Part shown: in pieces, positions 46,927 to 56,472 of the stretch
Position numbering within the stretch: the stretch's first letter is position 1
How the letters are laid out: every line of letters begins with the position of its first letter
Position numbers and translations under genes: made by a program
Origin: a phage
Sequence record: PX104378.1
Length of the DNA: 64,000 nt
Strand: one strand, 5' to 3'
The notes under the pieces: model-generated
What the model was told of the DNA's origin: nothing
The model's database searches: none
What the model saw: the letters and a program-made list of their open reading frames with translations, nothing else

Positions 46927-47213
46927 TAGAAACCCTTACGTCGTGCTTTCTGGCATTTCTTGATCATTTTATCAGAAATTTCGCGCTTAGGTGCAATCTC
47001 TTTCACACCGAAAGCACTAATGCCAAATTCAGAGAGAATATATTCAACCAACAATTCACGCACACGCGCTTTACCGATATTCACGCCGTTATTTTTCAGA
47101 TATGTCTGGCCTTCGACTTGCATCAGATCTAAATCCGCGTCGGTAATATTGATTTCTTCCATGCGCCCAAATCGAGAATAAACCATGTGTGCGATTGCAT
47201 TGTGTACTAACAT
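46926..47213 (-). CDS. Hypothetical protein
   Basis: Track ORF starts at TTG; trimmed to ATG after GAGGAATATATT. Confidence 0.45.
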   Translation of the reverse strand: MLVHNAIAHMVYSRFGRMEEINITDADLDLMQVEGQTYLKNNGVNIGKARVRELLVEYILSEFGISAFGVKEIAPKREISDKMIKKCQKARRKGF

Positions 47214-47234
47214 AATATATTCCTCACTCAAGAA

Positions 47235-47393
47235 TTACTTAATGATACTGACTTTACCAGATCCGTGACAATGAGCGCAACACCCATCACCACGCAATCC
47301 TGTTCCGTTACAGTGTTTACACTTCTTCAACGGTAAAGTCATTATAGCAAATAAAGCAATAATGAACACCGAAACTAAATTCTCAATAATCAT
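47235..47393 (-). CDS. 52-aa membrane-anchored protein with two CxxCxGxG zinc-finger repeats
   Basis: Not in track. ATG preceded by GAGGG; MIIENLVSVFIIALFAIMTLPLKKCKHCNGTGLRGDGCCAHCHGSGKVSIIK. Confidence 0.5.
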   Translation of the reverse strand: MIIENLVSVFIIALFAIMTLPLKKCKHCNGTGLRGDGCCAHCHGSGKVSIIK

Positions 47394-47652
47394 AAATCGC
47401 CCTCAGTTCTTTATAGCCTCCAATGTGCTCGTTGTCAATGAATATCTGGGGGTATACAAACCGGAGGCTCTTTGAGTTTAGCCTCCCCGCCAGTTCTTCA
47501 ATCATATCACGGTCGGGAATAATGTCAACCCCGACCTGCTTGAATACTGGTTTAAGTGTATACGGAATACCCAGATCATCCAGTAGCTTCATTGCACTAA
47601 TACAACCATAACAATGATAAGCCTCTTTCGGTATACCGTATATCTCGATCAT
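47383..47652 (-). CDS. nrdH: Glutaredoxin-like protein (NrdH-like)
   Basis: 89 aa; CxxC active site CYGC near N-terminus; glutaredoxin motif VYPQIFIDNEHIGGYKEL; adjacent to nrd genes. Confidence 0.7.
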   Translation of the reverse strand: MIEIYGIPKEAYHCYGCISAMKLLDDLGIPYTLKPVFKQVGVDIIPDRDMIEELAGRLNSKSLRFVYPQIFIDNEHIGGYKELRAIYDY

Positions 47653-48146
47653 TTCTCAGCCTTTAATCTTTCTAGTTCTTCTTCCAGTTCCTTGATCCGT
47701 TGGTCACGTTCAAAGTCACGCTGTAACTTAGTGGCGAATACTCGTTTAAACTGATTGTAATCATCGATTTTAAACACTTCTTCTTCGCCATAGCGACGCA
47801 CAGAAACTTCGTAGTTGTTGAAAAATTGTTCCAACATTGCATCAGTAGTCAGTTCTGACGACACCACTTTAAAATAACGTTCTTCTGATTGCAAAAACCA
47901 GTTGTGCGCGTATTCCCGTACATCATCAACATCTCGACAGGTGTATGTTTTTCCATCAATTTCAATCGCAGAAACATATTCGATATCTGACGCAATTTTT
48001 TCAAAAGCGATAACTTTAAATGTACGGTCACCGATAAAGTCTGCTATTGCATCATTTGCAACACTGGTTGCAAAGGCTTTCCGCGCTCGCTCGTTTTTCC
48101 ACTGATAGGTCATACCAACAACAAACATATTACCATCAACAAACAT
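47649..48146 (-). CDS. Paralog-family protein (WEVGKTY / DGxTY / ERxYF modules)
   Basis: Shares GMTYQWKNERARKAF, IDGKTYTCRDVDD, EERYFKVV and C-terminal coiled coil with neighbours; start set to ATG adjacent to upstream stop. Confidence 0.5.
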   Translation of the reverse strand: MFVDGNMFVVGMTYQWKNERARKAFATSVANDAIADFIGDRTFKVIAFEKIASDIEYVSAIEIDGKTYTCRDVDDVREYAHNWFLQSEERYFKVVSSELTTDAMLEQFFNNYEVSVRRYGEEEVFKIDDYNQFKRVFATKLQRDFERDQRIKELEEELERLKAEK

Positions 48147-48147
48147 A

Positions 48148-48981
48148 TTACCAACCTCGCTCTTTACCAATCAAAAATTCAACTTCACGACGTTTAATGT
48201 CTTCTTGAAGGTCTTTAATCTTCTGGCGATCTTGCATGATTTCATCCATCTTGTCAAGTGCCGCAATGAAATCATCGAAACGTTCAAAGGTTTTACCTTC
48301 ATTTGCTTCGCCAAATTTAACCATTGTCAGGCCATAACGACTACTAAAAAGACGCTTCAACTGTCCAACGACCTTAGAATCATCGTTCACCTTTTCTTCT
48401 GGTTCTTTCACGGTTTCAACTTCACGAAAATATTTTCGTTCAAGCCCAACAAACCACACAGCATCAACATCATCATCAACACCCGCCGAATGAGGATTAA
48501 ATGTTCCACAAACATTATCATTATTGATGTCGATCATAGTAACGAAACCAACAGAATCAACGGAAGATACCGTAAAAGTCTCATCTCCTATCCAATCAGC
48601 AATTTTACGGTTGATATTAGAACAGTGAGAAAACGTCACTTTTGCGTTTACATCCTTCCAAATATAAGTTTTACCAACTTCCCATTTAGGAGGAACTTCT
48701 TCAACTTCACGAAAGAATTTTATATCAAATGGACTAAACAAATATGTTGACGTCCAAATGTCTTTTCCTGTAGCCGTTTTCGCCGTATGATAAACACCGT
48801 CTAGCTCTATTACATTAATCCAACCATCACCTTCGTTCTCGATGATGGTAAATGGCTTGTCACCAATAGCTGCACTGATATCGCTGTTAAGTGGAGAAAG
48901 AACACCTTCTCCGTTAGTAATAAACTCAGTTTTAGCGTTTTCATCTTTCCAAGTGTAAGTTTTACCAATTTCCCATTTCAT
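48148..48981 (-). CDS. Paralog-family protein (internally duplicated)
   Basis: MKWEIGKTYTWKDENAKTEF and internal repeat WEVGKTYIWKDVNAKVTF; FFREVE / YFREVE motifs. Confidence 0.55.
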   Translation of the reverse strand: MKWEIGKTYTWKDENAKTEFITNGEGVLSPLNSDISAAIGDKPFTIIENEGDGWINVIELDGVYHTAKTATGKDIWTSTYLFSPFDIKFFREVEEVPPKWEVGKTYIWKDVNAKVTFSHCSNINRKIADWIGDETFTVSSVDSVGFVTMIDINNDNVCGTFNPHSAGVDDDVDAVWFVGLERKYFREVETVKEPEEKVNDDSKVVGQLKRLFSSRYGLTMVKFGEANEGKTFERFDDFIAALDKMDEIMQDRQKIKDLQEDIKRREVEFLIGKERGW

Positions 48982-48993
48982 AATATATTCCCC

Positions 48994-49461
48994 TTAACCG
49001 ATTTTATCAAGTTCGTTTAATGCTTTCTCAGCTTCCTGTATAGCTTGCACTCTTTCCGGCATTTTGTCAAGAAAATCTTTCAACTCTTCAAAACTGGAGA
49101 TATGACGCAAGGCGTTAGCACCGATAGCCGCATGTGATTTGCATTCAAAGCGGATTTTATAATTATCCATCGCCAACTTGAGAAGATCAATTAATTTAGA
49201 TTCTTCTGGAATAATAATTTCTTCAAATCTGCTACGGTCATGATCCAGAAACCAACAATATAGACCTACATCGGTTGAACTCATATAAGTTCCATCATGA
49301 AGATAAACAGACCGCACGTATCCTTTTTTCGCATCAACCGACGCAACTTTAAACGGTAATCTCAGATATTTCAAATAATCAACATCATACCATTTTAAAA
49401 AATGGTCTGCATCTTTTACATCTTTCCAGGCATAGGTCTTACCAACTTCCCATTTCAACAT
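48994..49461 (-). CDS. Paralog-family protein
   Basis: MLKWEVGKTYAWKDVKDADHF; helical C-terminal module. Confidence 0.55.
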   Translation of the reverse strand: MLKWEVGKTYAWKDVKDADHFLKWYDVDYLKYLRLPFKVASVDAKKGYVRSVYLHDGTYMSSTDVGLYCWFLDHDRSRFEEIIIPEESKLIDLLKLAMDNYKIRFECKSHAAIGANALRHISSFEELKDFLDKMPERVQAIQEAEKALNELDKIG

Positions 49462-49465
49462 AATA

Positions 49466-50020
49466 TCACCTTTCGTTTTTGATACGTGATTCTAATTGGA
49501 TCATACGGTCGCGCGTTTGTTTGTATTCTCGGATAGCACCGATCCGGCTAGGCATACCATCCAGTACGCTCTTAATACCTTCTAGGGTAGTGATTTTAGC
49601 AATGCTATTATGTAACCCCATCTTATCGATCAACTGAATGTCGTAGGCTTCCATAAGCAGACCCAGACGTTCTAATGTTAAATCCGGTTCTTGTTCTTTA
49701 TCTTCTTCCTTTTCTTCCGGTTCTGGGATTTCTTTGTCAATAGTAGCTTCGGTAAAGAAACGACGCTCACCAGCCCAAAACCACACACCGTAACAGTTAA
49801 TAGGGGATTCTTTTAAAGTCATGGAGTCGAAATCACTACCAATAATAGTAATTTCTCTAACATCACCATCGTCATCAATGTCTTCTACCTTAAACGGGCG
49901 ACCAGCCAACAAGTCCACAATACATCCGTTAATACCCGACGAAAATTTAGTCAGTTCAGCTTTCGACGCTTCGCATTTAATATTGTAGATTTTACCTACT
50001 TCCCATTCCATAATAATCAC
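49466..50020 (-). CDS. Paralog-family protein
   Basis: MEWEVGKIYNIKCEASKAELTKF; ERRFFTEA; helical C-terminal module. Confidence 0.55.
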   Translation of the reverse strand: MIIMEWEVGKIYNIKCEASKAELTKFSSGINGCIVDLLAGRPFKVEDIDDDGDVREITIIGSDFDSMTLKESPINCYGVWFWAGERRFFTEATIDKEIPEPEEKEEDKEQEPDLTLERLGLLMEAYDIQLIDKMGLHNSIAKITTLEGIKSVLDGMPSRIGAIREYKQTRDRMIQLESRIKNER

Positions 50021-50021
50021 C

Positions 50022-50531
50022 TCAAATAATTTTCACTGGAATACTATTAACAATCTTGTATTGTACTTGATTGTCAGACCCCCGCCACGGCTTCTTCGTT
50101 GGCATATCTTTAATATAACGCCCATCGATGAACATGTCAACCGATTCTACAATTTTTCTTTGCTCATCATTCAATTGGTCAAGGGTATAACCAGACCATA
50201 GCCAAATATCTTTATTTGGCATCCATGATTTTACTTCATCGATGATCCGCTGTACACCCTTTAAATTGCGTTTATACAATGGATCGCCACCTAAGAATGT
50301 TAGCCCCTGAATAAAATCAGGTCTAAGCAGATCCAGAATCAACCCCATTGTATCATCGGTGAATGGTTCCCCGTTCTTAGGATTGAGTAGGCTAGCATTA
50401 AAGCAACCATCACATGCGTGTGAACATCCGGTAACGTAAAGGGAGACTCTCACTCCCTCACCGTTAACCATATCACAATCTTTAATATCGGCATAGCGTA
50501 GTTTGCCGTATGTATCAGAACTCATATTCAA
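50022..50531 (-). CDS. nrdG: Anaerobic ribonucleotide reductase activating protein NrdG (radical SAM)
   Basis: 169 aa; cysteine cluster CSHACDGC. Confidence 0.85.
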   Translation of the reverse strand: MNMSSDTYGKLRYADIKDCDMVNGEGVRVSLYVTGCSHACDGCFNASLLNPKNGEPFTDDTMGLILDLLRPDFIQGLTFLGGDPLYKRNLKGVQRIIDEVKSWMPNKDIWLWSGYTLDQLNDEQRKIVESVDMFIDGRYIKDMPTKKPWRGSDNQVQYKIVNSIPVKII

Positions 50532-50667
50532 TTACCCCGAACTCGTTTACAATCTGCGCTTTATAGTAACCACCGCGAGATGCCAATAGATAAGCTGGGC
50601 TTAGGTATTCGTATTCACGGATTTCTACTTGTGCGTTTTCAGTTTCCCAAATCAGTAAAGTCCACAT
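50515..50667 (-). CDS. Hypothetical small protein
   Basis: Track ORF trimmed to ATG after AGGAGAATCAAAT; promoter cassette upstream. Confidence 0.45.
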   Translation of the reverse strand: MWTLLIWETENAQVEIREYEYLSPAYLLASRGGYYKAQIVNEFGVIEYEF

Positions 50668-50709
50668 ATTTGATTCTCCTGTAAAGTTGTATCTCGTCTT
50701 GATGAATAT

Positions 50710-50738
50710 AGTATAGGGGATCTCGCGATCCCCGTCAA
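50710..50738 (-). promoter_or_regulatory. Early promoter cassette with spacer stem-loop (PeSL-like)
   Basis: TTGACG-GGGGATCGCGAGATCCCC-TATACT; spacer palindrome contains GATC. Confidence 0.55.
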
Positions 50739-50742
50739 GCAT

Positions 50743-51291
50743 TTATTTTAAATTTTTTCGAATGTATTCAGACCATTCCTTCCCTGTCAGTTCGGTCCCA
50801 TTCTGGAAACTGAAATATTCATACGGCATCGAGTCAAGATAAAACAGGATCATACATCGCGCCATATAATACCAATCACGATTAAAGTAAACTACGTTAT
50901 CACCAGTACCATCAGCACCTTTATCATAACCATCGCGGGTACGGGCGACCCATTGAATGGTATCATTTTTCTCACGGATAGTAACAGGTTCCCAATATCC
51001 AGCACATCCAGCATGACCACACGAACAAGTAAGGAAATATTGACCTTTTGCTTTGTTGTCATCCCATTCACGATGAATTGGTTTGATTTCGTGAAACATT
51101 GCCAAACAATCATGATTATGCAACACTGGCTTACCATCAATCAATGCATGGAATGTATACAAACGACCCGTAGACAAATAGCTATCCTCACGCTCAACCA
51201 GTTCAATAGCAATCTTTTTAGCTCGTTCTTTGTGTCGTTGTGCTTTACGCTTACGGTTTAATGATTTCATATTCACCTCACACATTATCAA
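50743..51291 (-). CDS. Hypothetical Cys/His-rich protein
   Basis: 182 aa; HNHDC...CSCGHAGCAGYW cluster suggests metal binding. Confidence 0.5.
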   Translation of the reverse strand: MIMCEVNMKSLNRKRKAQRHKERAKKIAIELVEREDSYLSTGRLYTFHALIDGKPVLHNHDCLAMFHEIKPIHREWDDNKAKGQYFLTCSCGHAGCAGYWEPVTIREKNDTIQWVARTRDGYDKGADGTGDNVVYFNRDWYYMARCMILFYLDSMPYEYFSFQNGTELTGKEWSEYIRKNLK

Positions 51292-51827
51292 AGGTCGCGA
51301 TATAGTACATTATGAAAATGAGAACTTGCATTACCAATATTGTAGATAATAAATTCTTCATCCGGCGCTTGCGCTACAAATTGAGTATGAGCAACCGCCA
51401 CAACCTTAAAAATACGATCCGTGATCTTGTGTTTAATTTCTGCCCCTACTTCCATAGGAACATATTCATTTGTTTCTGTTTCAGTCGCAAAACAGCCATC
51501 TTCTTCATAAGCACGAACAAATCGGTCGCACTCAGTACGCTTAACAAATTCAAGAGTATACAATTCTCGTGAATTGTCGGTATAGACCAATACAGAATTA
51601 TTATGATAGCGAATCACATACAGGTTATTATCATCGTCAATTACGCAAAAGCTACGGATTCCTTCGCCTATACTCCAGCAGATATTAACCACGGTTCCTC
51701 TAATAAAAAAACTTTCCTTTAAATTAAAACTAGTCAATGTGCTAGCGTGCATTTTAACAACAACACCATCGCCAATTTCCAGTTTACGAAGTTTAACTTC
51801 TTTGCTCAGTACACAAAACATCATCAT
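51288..51827 (-). CDS. Hypothetical protein
   Basis: 179-aa ORF between nrdD and nrdG. Confidence 0.5.
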   Translation of the reverse strand: MMMFCVLSKEVKLRKLEIGDGVVVKMHASTLTSFNLKESFFIRGTVVNICWSIGEGIRSFCVIDDDNNLYVIRYHNNSVLVYTDNSRELYTLEFVKRTECDRFVRAYEEDGCFATETETNEYVPMEVGAEIKHKITDRIFKVVAVAHTQFVAQAPDEEFIIYNIGNASSHFHNVLYRDL

Positions 51828-51927
51828 GTTGTCCTCTCGTTGTTTTCGATGTGAGCATTATACATTAGCCAATCATGTTGTCAACACCCCAAAACGAAAA
51901 AGCCGACCCTTTCGGATCGGCTGAAAA

Positions 51928-53790
51928 TTACATATGCTTAACGCGGTTTACCATCTCAGAGTGTTTCCCGTGGTTAAATGGACGCAGATCAACAGATCCA
52001 AGATATCCACTAACGCGACGGATAACATTCATTTTTTCCAGATTATCATTACCGCAATCAGGACAAACAAAACCAAACTCGGTCGCTCTCATTTCCTTAG
52101 TAGATCCGCATACATGACACACATCAGAAGGGGTATTAACACCGAAGTAGTGCAATTTATCCATTGCATAGTCTACTACAGTTTCAAGACCTTTCAGGTT
52201 GTTTTTCATGTCTGGGAACTCAACATAAGAGATCATGCCACCGGACGCCAGCCAGTGATAATCTTTCTCAAAGTCGATTTTCTCAAATGGAGTGACTTTC
52301 CGGTCTACGTCAAGGTGGAATGAGTTGGTGTACCAGTCTTTATCGGTAGCACCCTTAACAATACCAAATTGCTCTCGGTCCAGTCGATTAAATCGATAGC
52401 AAAGGCTCTCGGCTGGCGTACCGTAAAGACTAAACCCAAGTCCGGTTTCGTCCTTCCATTTTTCAGTATAATGACGCAAGATCTTAAGAATATGTTTACC
52501 GTATCGCTGCGCATCTTCCGAATCAAACGGATGAACACCAAACAGGACGCTCAATACCTCATGTAAACCAATATATCCAAGAGAGATACTAGCGCGACCA
52601 TCTTTCAACACTTCCAAAATTTCATCGTTTTGATGAATACGGAAAAATGCACCTTCTGTATACAGCACCGGAGCAACATTGGCTTTAGCCCCTTTTAAAG
52701 CGTCTACGCGACTCATGAGCGCATCAAAGCAAATAGGCATACGATTGGCTAGCTCTTGTTCGAATAGCTCAATTCTGCGCATTACAGACGCTTTACCAGC
52801 ACGACGCGCGGCAATAAGGGCAATACGCGGAAGATTCAGAGTCACAACACCTAAGTTATTACGTCCGTCTAATACTTCTTCGCCTTTCTCATTATGCCAA
52901 ACACCCAGGAAGCTACGACAACCCATCGGGCTAACCGGAACACTAGATCCAGTGATACTACGGTTATTCTTCGCAGAGATATAATCAGGGTAAAGACGCT
53001 TACTAGAACATTCCAATGCAAGTTGCTTAATGTCGTAGTTCGGATCTTCCGGTTTAAGGTTTAATCCTTCTTCTAAGAACATCACCAGCTTAGGAAACAC
53101 CGGAGTGATACCATCTTTACCTAAACCTTTAGTTCGAACGTTCAGGATCGCTTTCTGAATCAGTTTTTCTTCCCAGCTAGTACCCATACCAAAGGTTAAA
53201 GTCACAAAAGGCGTTTGACCATTGGTAGAGAACAAAGTGTTGATCTCATATTCCAACGCCTGATATCCGTCTAACGTTTCTTTTTCTGTCTTCTCTTGTG
53301 CATAGAGAGTATCAGCTTTGATTCCGTAGGTTTCGGCATCAGCAAGGTGTTTATGATATGTTTTCTCAACGTATGGCGCTAAAACCTGATCAATGTTTGC
53401 TATGGTAGTTCCGCCATATTGATGACTTGCCACCTGTGCGATAATTTGAGCGGTTACAGCACATGCAACACCGATTGATTTCGGACTTTCGATTTGTGCA
53501 CTACCCAATTTAAAACCATTCTCTAACATGTCTTTGAGATTAACAAGACAGCAGTTAGTAAACGGCATAGCGGGTGCATAATCCATATCATGATAATGAA
53601 TATCACCGTCTACATGCGCTTTATAGATGTGCTCAGGTAACACGGTTTTAGCAATCTGTTTAGACACAGCGCCAGCAATCAGATCTCGACGTGTCGGGAA
53701 TGTTCGCGCGTCTTTGTTCGCGTTCTCTTTGCTTACTTCGTTTTCTTTACCCGTTGCGATCTCTGTAATGTCTTTGATTAGTTTTTCCAT
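51928..53790 (-). CDS. nrdD: Anaerobic ribonucleoside-triphosphate reductase NrdD
   Basis: 620 aa; C-terminal zinc ribbon CHVCG...CPDCG and glycyl-radical region RVSGYLG; uninterrupted ORF. Confidence 0.9.
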   Translation of the reverse strand: MEKLIKDITEIATGKENEVSKENANKDARTFPTRRDLIAGAVSKQIAKTVLPEHIYKAHVDGDIHYHDMDYAPAMPFTNCCLVNLKDMLENGFKLGSAQIESPKSIGVACAVTAQIIAQVASHQYGGTTIANIDQVLAPYVEKTYHKHLADAETYGIKADTLYAQEKTEKETLDGYQALEYEINTLFSTNGQTPFVTLTFGMGTSWEEKLIQKAILNVRTKGLGKDGITPVFPKLVMFLEEGLNLKPEDPNYDIKQLALECSSKRLYPDYISAKNNRSITGSSVPVSPMGCRSFLGVWHNEKGEEVLDGRNNLGVVTLNLPRIALIAARRAGKASVMRRIELFEQELANRMPICFDALMSRVDALKGAKANVAPVLYTEGAFFRIHQNDEILEVLKDGRASISLGYIGLHEVLSVLFGVHPFDSEDAQRYGKHILKILRHYTEKWKDETGLGFSLYGTPAESLCYRFNRLDREQFGIVKGATDKDWYTNSFHLDVDRKVTPFEKIDFEKDYHWLASGGMISYVEFPDMKNNLKGLETVVDYAMDKLHYFGVNTPSDVCHVCGSTKEMRATEFGFVCPDCGNDNLEKMNVIRRVSGYLGSVDLRPFNHGKHSEMVNRVKHM

Positions 53791-53834
53791 TGTATCACCT
53801 ATGAAAAAGCGGGATTTCTCCCGCTCGTTGATAG

Positions 53835-54329
53835 TTATTTTACCAGTTCTGCTAATTCTTTTTCCGCCGCTTCCAGTTCAGCTTTCAGTTGTTTAATCTC
53901 TTGTCGCTTCTTATTAGCGGCTTCCTGCTTACTATTTCGGATAACCTGATCTAGATATGAATCCCACTCATGAATATTTTTGATAATGTAACCGTCAACG
54001 TTCAGAACTTTAATATTAAGAACTTCTTCCAGCTTACTTAAAGAACGTTGTGTTTCGGGGAAGAAATAGTCATATTCACCTCGGTCAAACCAGTAGCGTA
54101 TGCCAGCTTTATCTAAACGACGATGCAATTCATCAAAATCTCTACCATCTTCGACGATGAGTTTGTCTACATCGCCATTACAGTTAACAGAGACTTTGAA
54201 TCTAATATTATCAACCCCACCAAAAACATCAATAAGGATAGTTCCTATCGTGTTATCCGCGCTTCCAGTATCCATAAAAGATTCTAGTTTTTCTTGATTA
54301 GTAACGTACCAAACATCTTGTTTCCACAT
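53835..54329 (-). CDS. Hypothetical protein with C-terminal coiled coil
   Basis: 164 aa; GAGGATTATATT-ATG; promoter cassette at ~54360-54387. Confidence 0.5.
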   Translation of the reverse strand: MWKQDVWYVTNQEKLESFMDTGSADNTIGTILIDVFGGVDNIRFKVSVNCNGDVDKLIVEDGRDFDELHRRLDKAGIRYWFDRGEYDYFFPETQRSLSKLEEVLNIKVLNVDGYIIKNIHEWDSYLDQVIRNSKQEAANKKRQEIKQLKAELEAAEKELAELVK

Positions 54330-54359
54330 AATATAATCCTCTCGTTGTTAAGTGGGAGT

Positions 54360-54387
54360 ATTATAGCATACTCCCTTCGCATGTCAA
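54360..54387 (-). promoter_or_regulatory. Early promoter cassette with stem-loop (PeSL-like)
   Basis: TTGACA-16nt-TATAAT; GGGAGTAT..ATACTCCC inverted repeat encloses the -10. Confidence 0.55.
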
Positions 54388-55562
54388 GCACTAACTTTTT
54401 TCTTTACTGCTTTCACCTTCTGGCGAATTGCTCGAATCTCTTCGATCTCTTTTTCAGTCTCTTTAACAATTTCTTTGCGATTCTGAATATCTGTATCGAG
54501 ATTATCATCAAGTTTAGGCAGCATGTCAATCAAGAACTTTTTAAAGTCTTTCAGGTTTCTGATAACAGCACCTTCACCCATTACCGCCACCCCTACACCA
54601 TCCGGCAGATCGCCAAACAGTTTAACCAGTTCAGACAGATGATCATGATCTTCTAGTGCTTCTTCCGGTTCAGATGGCAGTTCAACAAAGTTATAACGTT
54701 CATCATTGCTGATCAGGTGATACCAGCAAAGCCCGAATGATTTCGGTGTATATTCTACACCATCAATTTCAACCGAGTCAACACTTCCATAATCATCTAC
54801 TTTAGTTACCTTAAATCCTTGTCCCAGCTTTTGAACAATTTCAACAACATGACTTGATACAGTTTCAGCGGTAAACCAATATGGCAAATTATGCTGATTT
54901 GGCTTGTAGCGTTCACCTACTTTAAATCTCTGACCAGCCGCTTGCATAGCATGAAATTGTTGTTTCGTGATTTCCGCGAAGTATTCAAATTCGCCACCAT
55001 CAAACACACAAGCCCATTGTTCACAAAAACGATCTGCCTTAACAGTTTCACCTTTCGCGGTGATCATGGTAGCCGACCCGTGAAATTCTTCTTCAACTAA
55101 AAAGCCATATTCGACAAAATCAACAAGTTTCATGGCTTCTTTGTGCTCTGGATCATGCTCTCCCCAGAATCGCTTAAATTCTTGCAAACCTTCCGGGGTA
55201 AACGAATAGCACTTACCTTTTTCAAAGTAAGTAGGCATTGCATCGTCTTTCTTGTTCATCGCTTCGTATGCCTCTTTTGAGATGCGTTTAAAGTATTTGC
55301 GCTCATTGTGCATAATCATAGTAGCCCAATAATCCACAATATCATTAGCGGAATAAACTACATCTCCAGCTTCAATAGTAATAACATGACCGTGGTCATC
55401 TTTTTCTAATACTTTAAAGCCCTTTTCTACGATTCCAGCAACCCGAATATGACCACGGCGCGAAGCATCGGTCAGAATAATTGAATAGCGAGAAAAGTCT
55501 AGAAACTCATCTTTACCGCCTTCACGGAATGCATAGTAATGCCCTTCAAAGAATTTAGCCAT
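54384..55562 (-). CDS. Paralog-family protein (GFKVL / NERKYFKRI modules)
   Basis: 392 aa; HNERKYFKRISKEAYEAM and IDGVEYTPKSFG shared with 55619..56203 and 56200..56472. Confidence 0.55.
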   Translation of the reverse strand: MAKFFEGHYYAFREGGKDEFLDFSRYSIILTDASRRGHIRVAGIVEKGFKVLEKDDHGHVITIEAGDVVYSANDIVDYWATMIMHNERKYFKRISKEAYEAMNKKDDAMPTYFEKGKCYSFTPEGLQEFKRFWGEHDPEHKEAMKLVDFVEYGFLVEEEFHGSATMITAKGETVKADRFCEQWACVFDGGEFEYFAEITKQQFHAMQAAGQRFKVGERYKPNQHNLPYWFTAETVSSHVVEIVQKLGQGFKVTKVDDYGSVDSVEIDGVEYTPKSFGLCWYHLISNDERYNFVELPSEPEEALEDHDHLSELVKLFGDLPDGVGVAVMGEGAVIRNLKDFKKFLIDMLPKLDDNLDTDIQNRKEIVKETEKEIEEIRAIRQKVKAVKKKVSA

Positions 55563-55593
55563 AATATAATCCTCTCGTTGTTTAGATGGGAGT

Positions 55594-55622
55594 ATCTTAC
55601 TACTCCCGTTTCATCATGTCAA
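55594..55622 (-). promoter_or_regulatory. Early promoter cassette with stem-loop (PeSL-like)
   Basis: TTGACA-17nt-TAAGAT; GGGAGTA..TACTCCC. Confidence 0.55.
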
Positions 55623-56203
55623 GCGTTAAATGACTTTTTAATCTCTTTCAGTTCTTCCACTTTCTCGGCGCTGAATTTAGCGTAGGTATCATGTCGAATA
55701 ATTTCACTTTCAAGAAAGGTTTCCAGTCGAGATCTATTTTCAATAAGGAACTCTTTCAGGTCTTCCGCGTTCTTGACAAAGATTTTATTGTCGGTAATGT
55801 CATCTTCAATCGCAAAGGAGATAGAGCGAACTTTACCAAACAAGTTAATCAGATCTTCCAGAGATTCTTCTTTCTTAACTGGTTTCATTTCTTCAAACTG
55901 CTTTTTAGTGATGCGTTTAAAGTATTTGCGCTCGTTTGCAGCAATCAGAACAGATGCACCTTCATACCCATGAGTTTCTACCAGATACACACGCCCCATC
56001 GCATCAACAGTGAGAACTTTAAAGCCGTTACAAAGCACGTCATACAAGAACTTATTATGTTGCGGACATCGTTTGATAAATTCTGCGGCTGTTTCTGCAC
56101 TACGGAAAGTATAGTAACGACCTCGTTCAAAAACAGCATCATTTGAAGACTTAGCCGGATACAATTTATACGTTTTCTGTACCATAATATAATCCTCTAT
56201 CAT
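55619..56203 (-). CDS. Paralog-family protein
   Basis: 194 aa; NGFKVLTVDAMGRVY, ANERKYFKRITKKQFEEM. Confidence 0.55.
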   Translation of the reverse strand: MIEDYIMVQKTYKLYPAKSSNDAVFERGRYYTFRSAETAAEFIKRCPQHNKFLYDVLCNGFKVLTVDAMGRVYLVETHGYEGASVLIAANERKYFKRITKKQFEEMKPVKKEESLEDLINLFGKVRSISFAIEDDITDNKIFVKNAEDLKEFLIENRSRLETFLESEIIRHDTYAKFSAEKVEELKEIKKSFNA

Positions 56204-56472
56204 TTCACTAATTGAACAGCACGGAACAGAATGCGCTCACACGGAAGCAGCATAAATTCCCAACGCGGATCAAAGTCTTTAGCGGTGTATGTTTTCCCAT
56301 CAACCGAGATTTCACTTACATAACCAACAGGTGACACTTTAAGAACAGTAAACCCATTCTTGATGACTTCGTAGGTATCTTTCACCCCTTCGTATTCATC
56401 ATCTAAGAAGTCTTTATGTGCTTGCTCAGATTTAAAAACATAGGCCACACCGGATTTAAACATCTTACGCAT
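56200..56472 (-). CDS. Paralog-family protein (single module)
   Basis: Track ORF trimmed to ATG after AAGGAGAATCAACA; NGFTVLKVSPVGYV, VDGKTYTAKDFD. Confidence 0.5.
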   Translation of the reverse strand: MRKMFKSGVAYVFKSEQAHKDFLDDEYEGVKDTYEVIKNGFTVLKVSPVGYVSEISVDGKTYTAKDFDPRWEFMLLPCERILFRAVQLVK

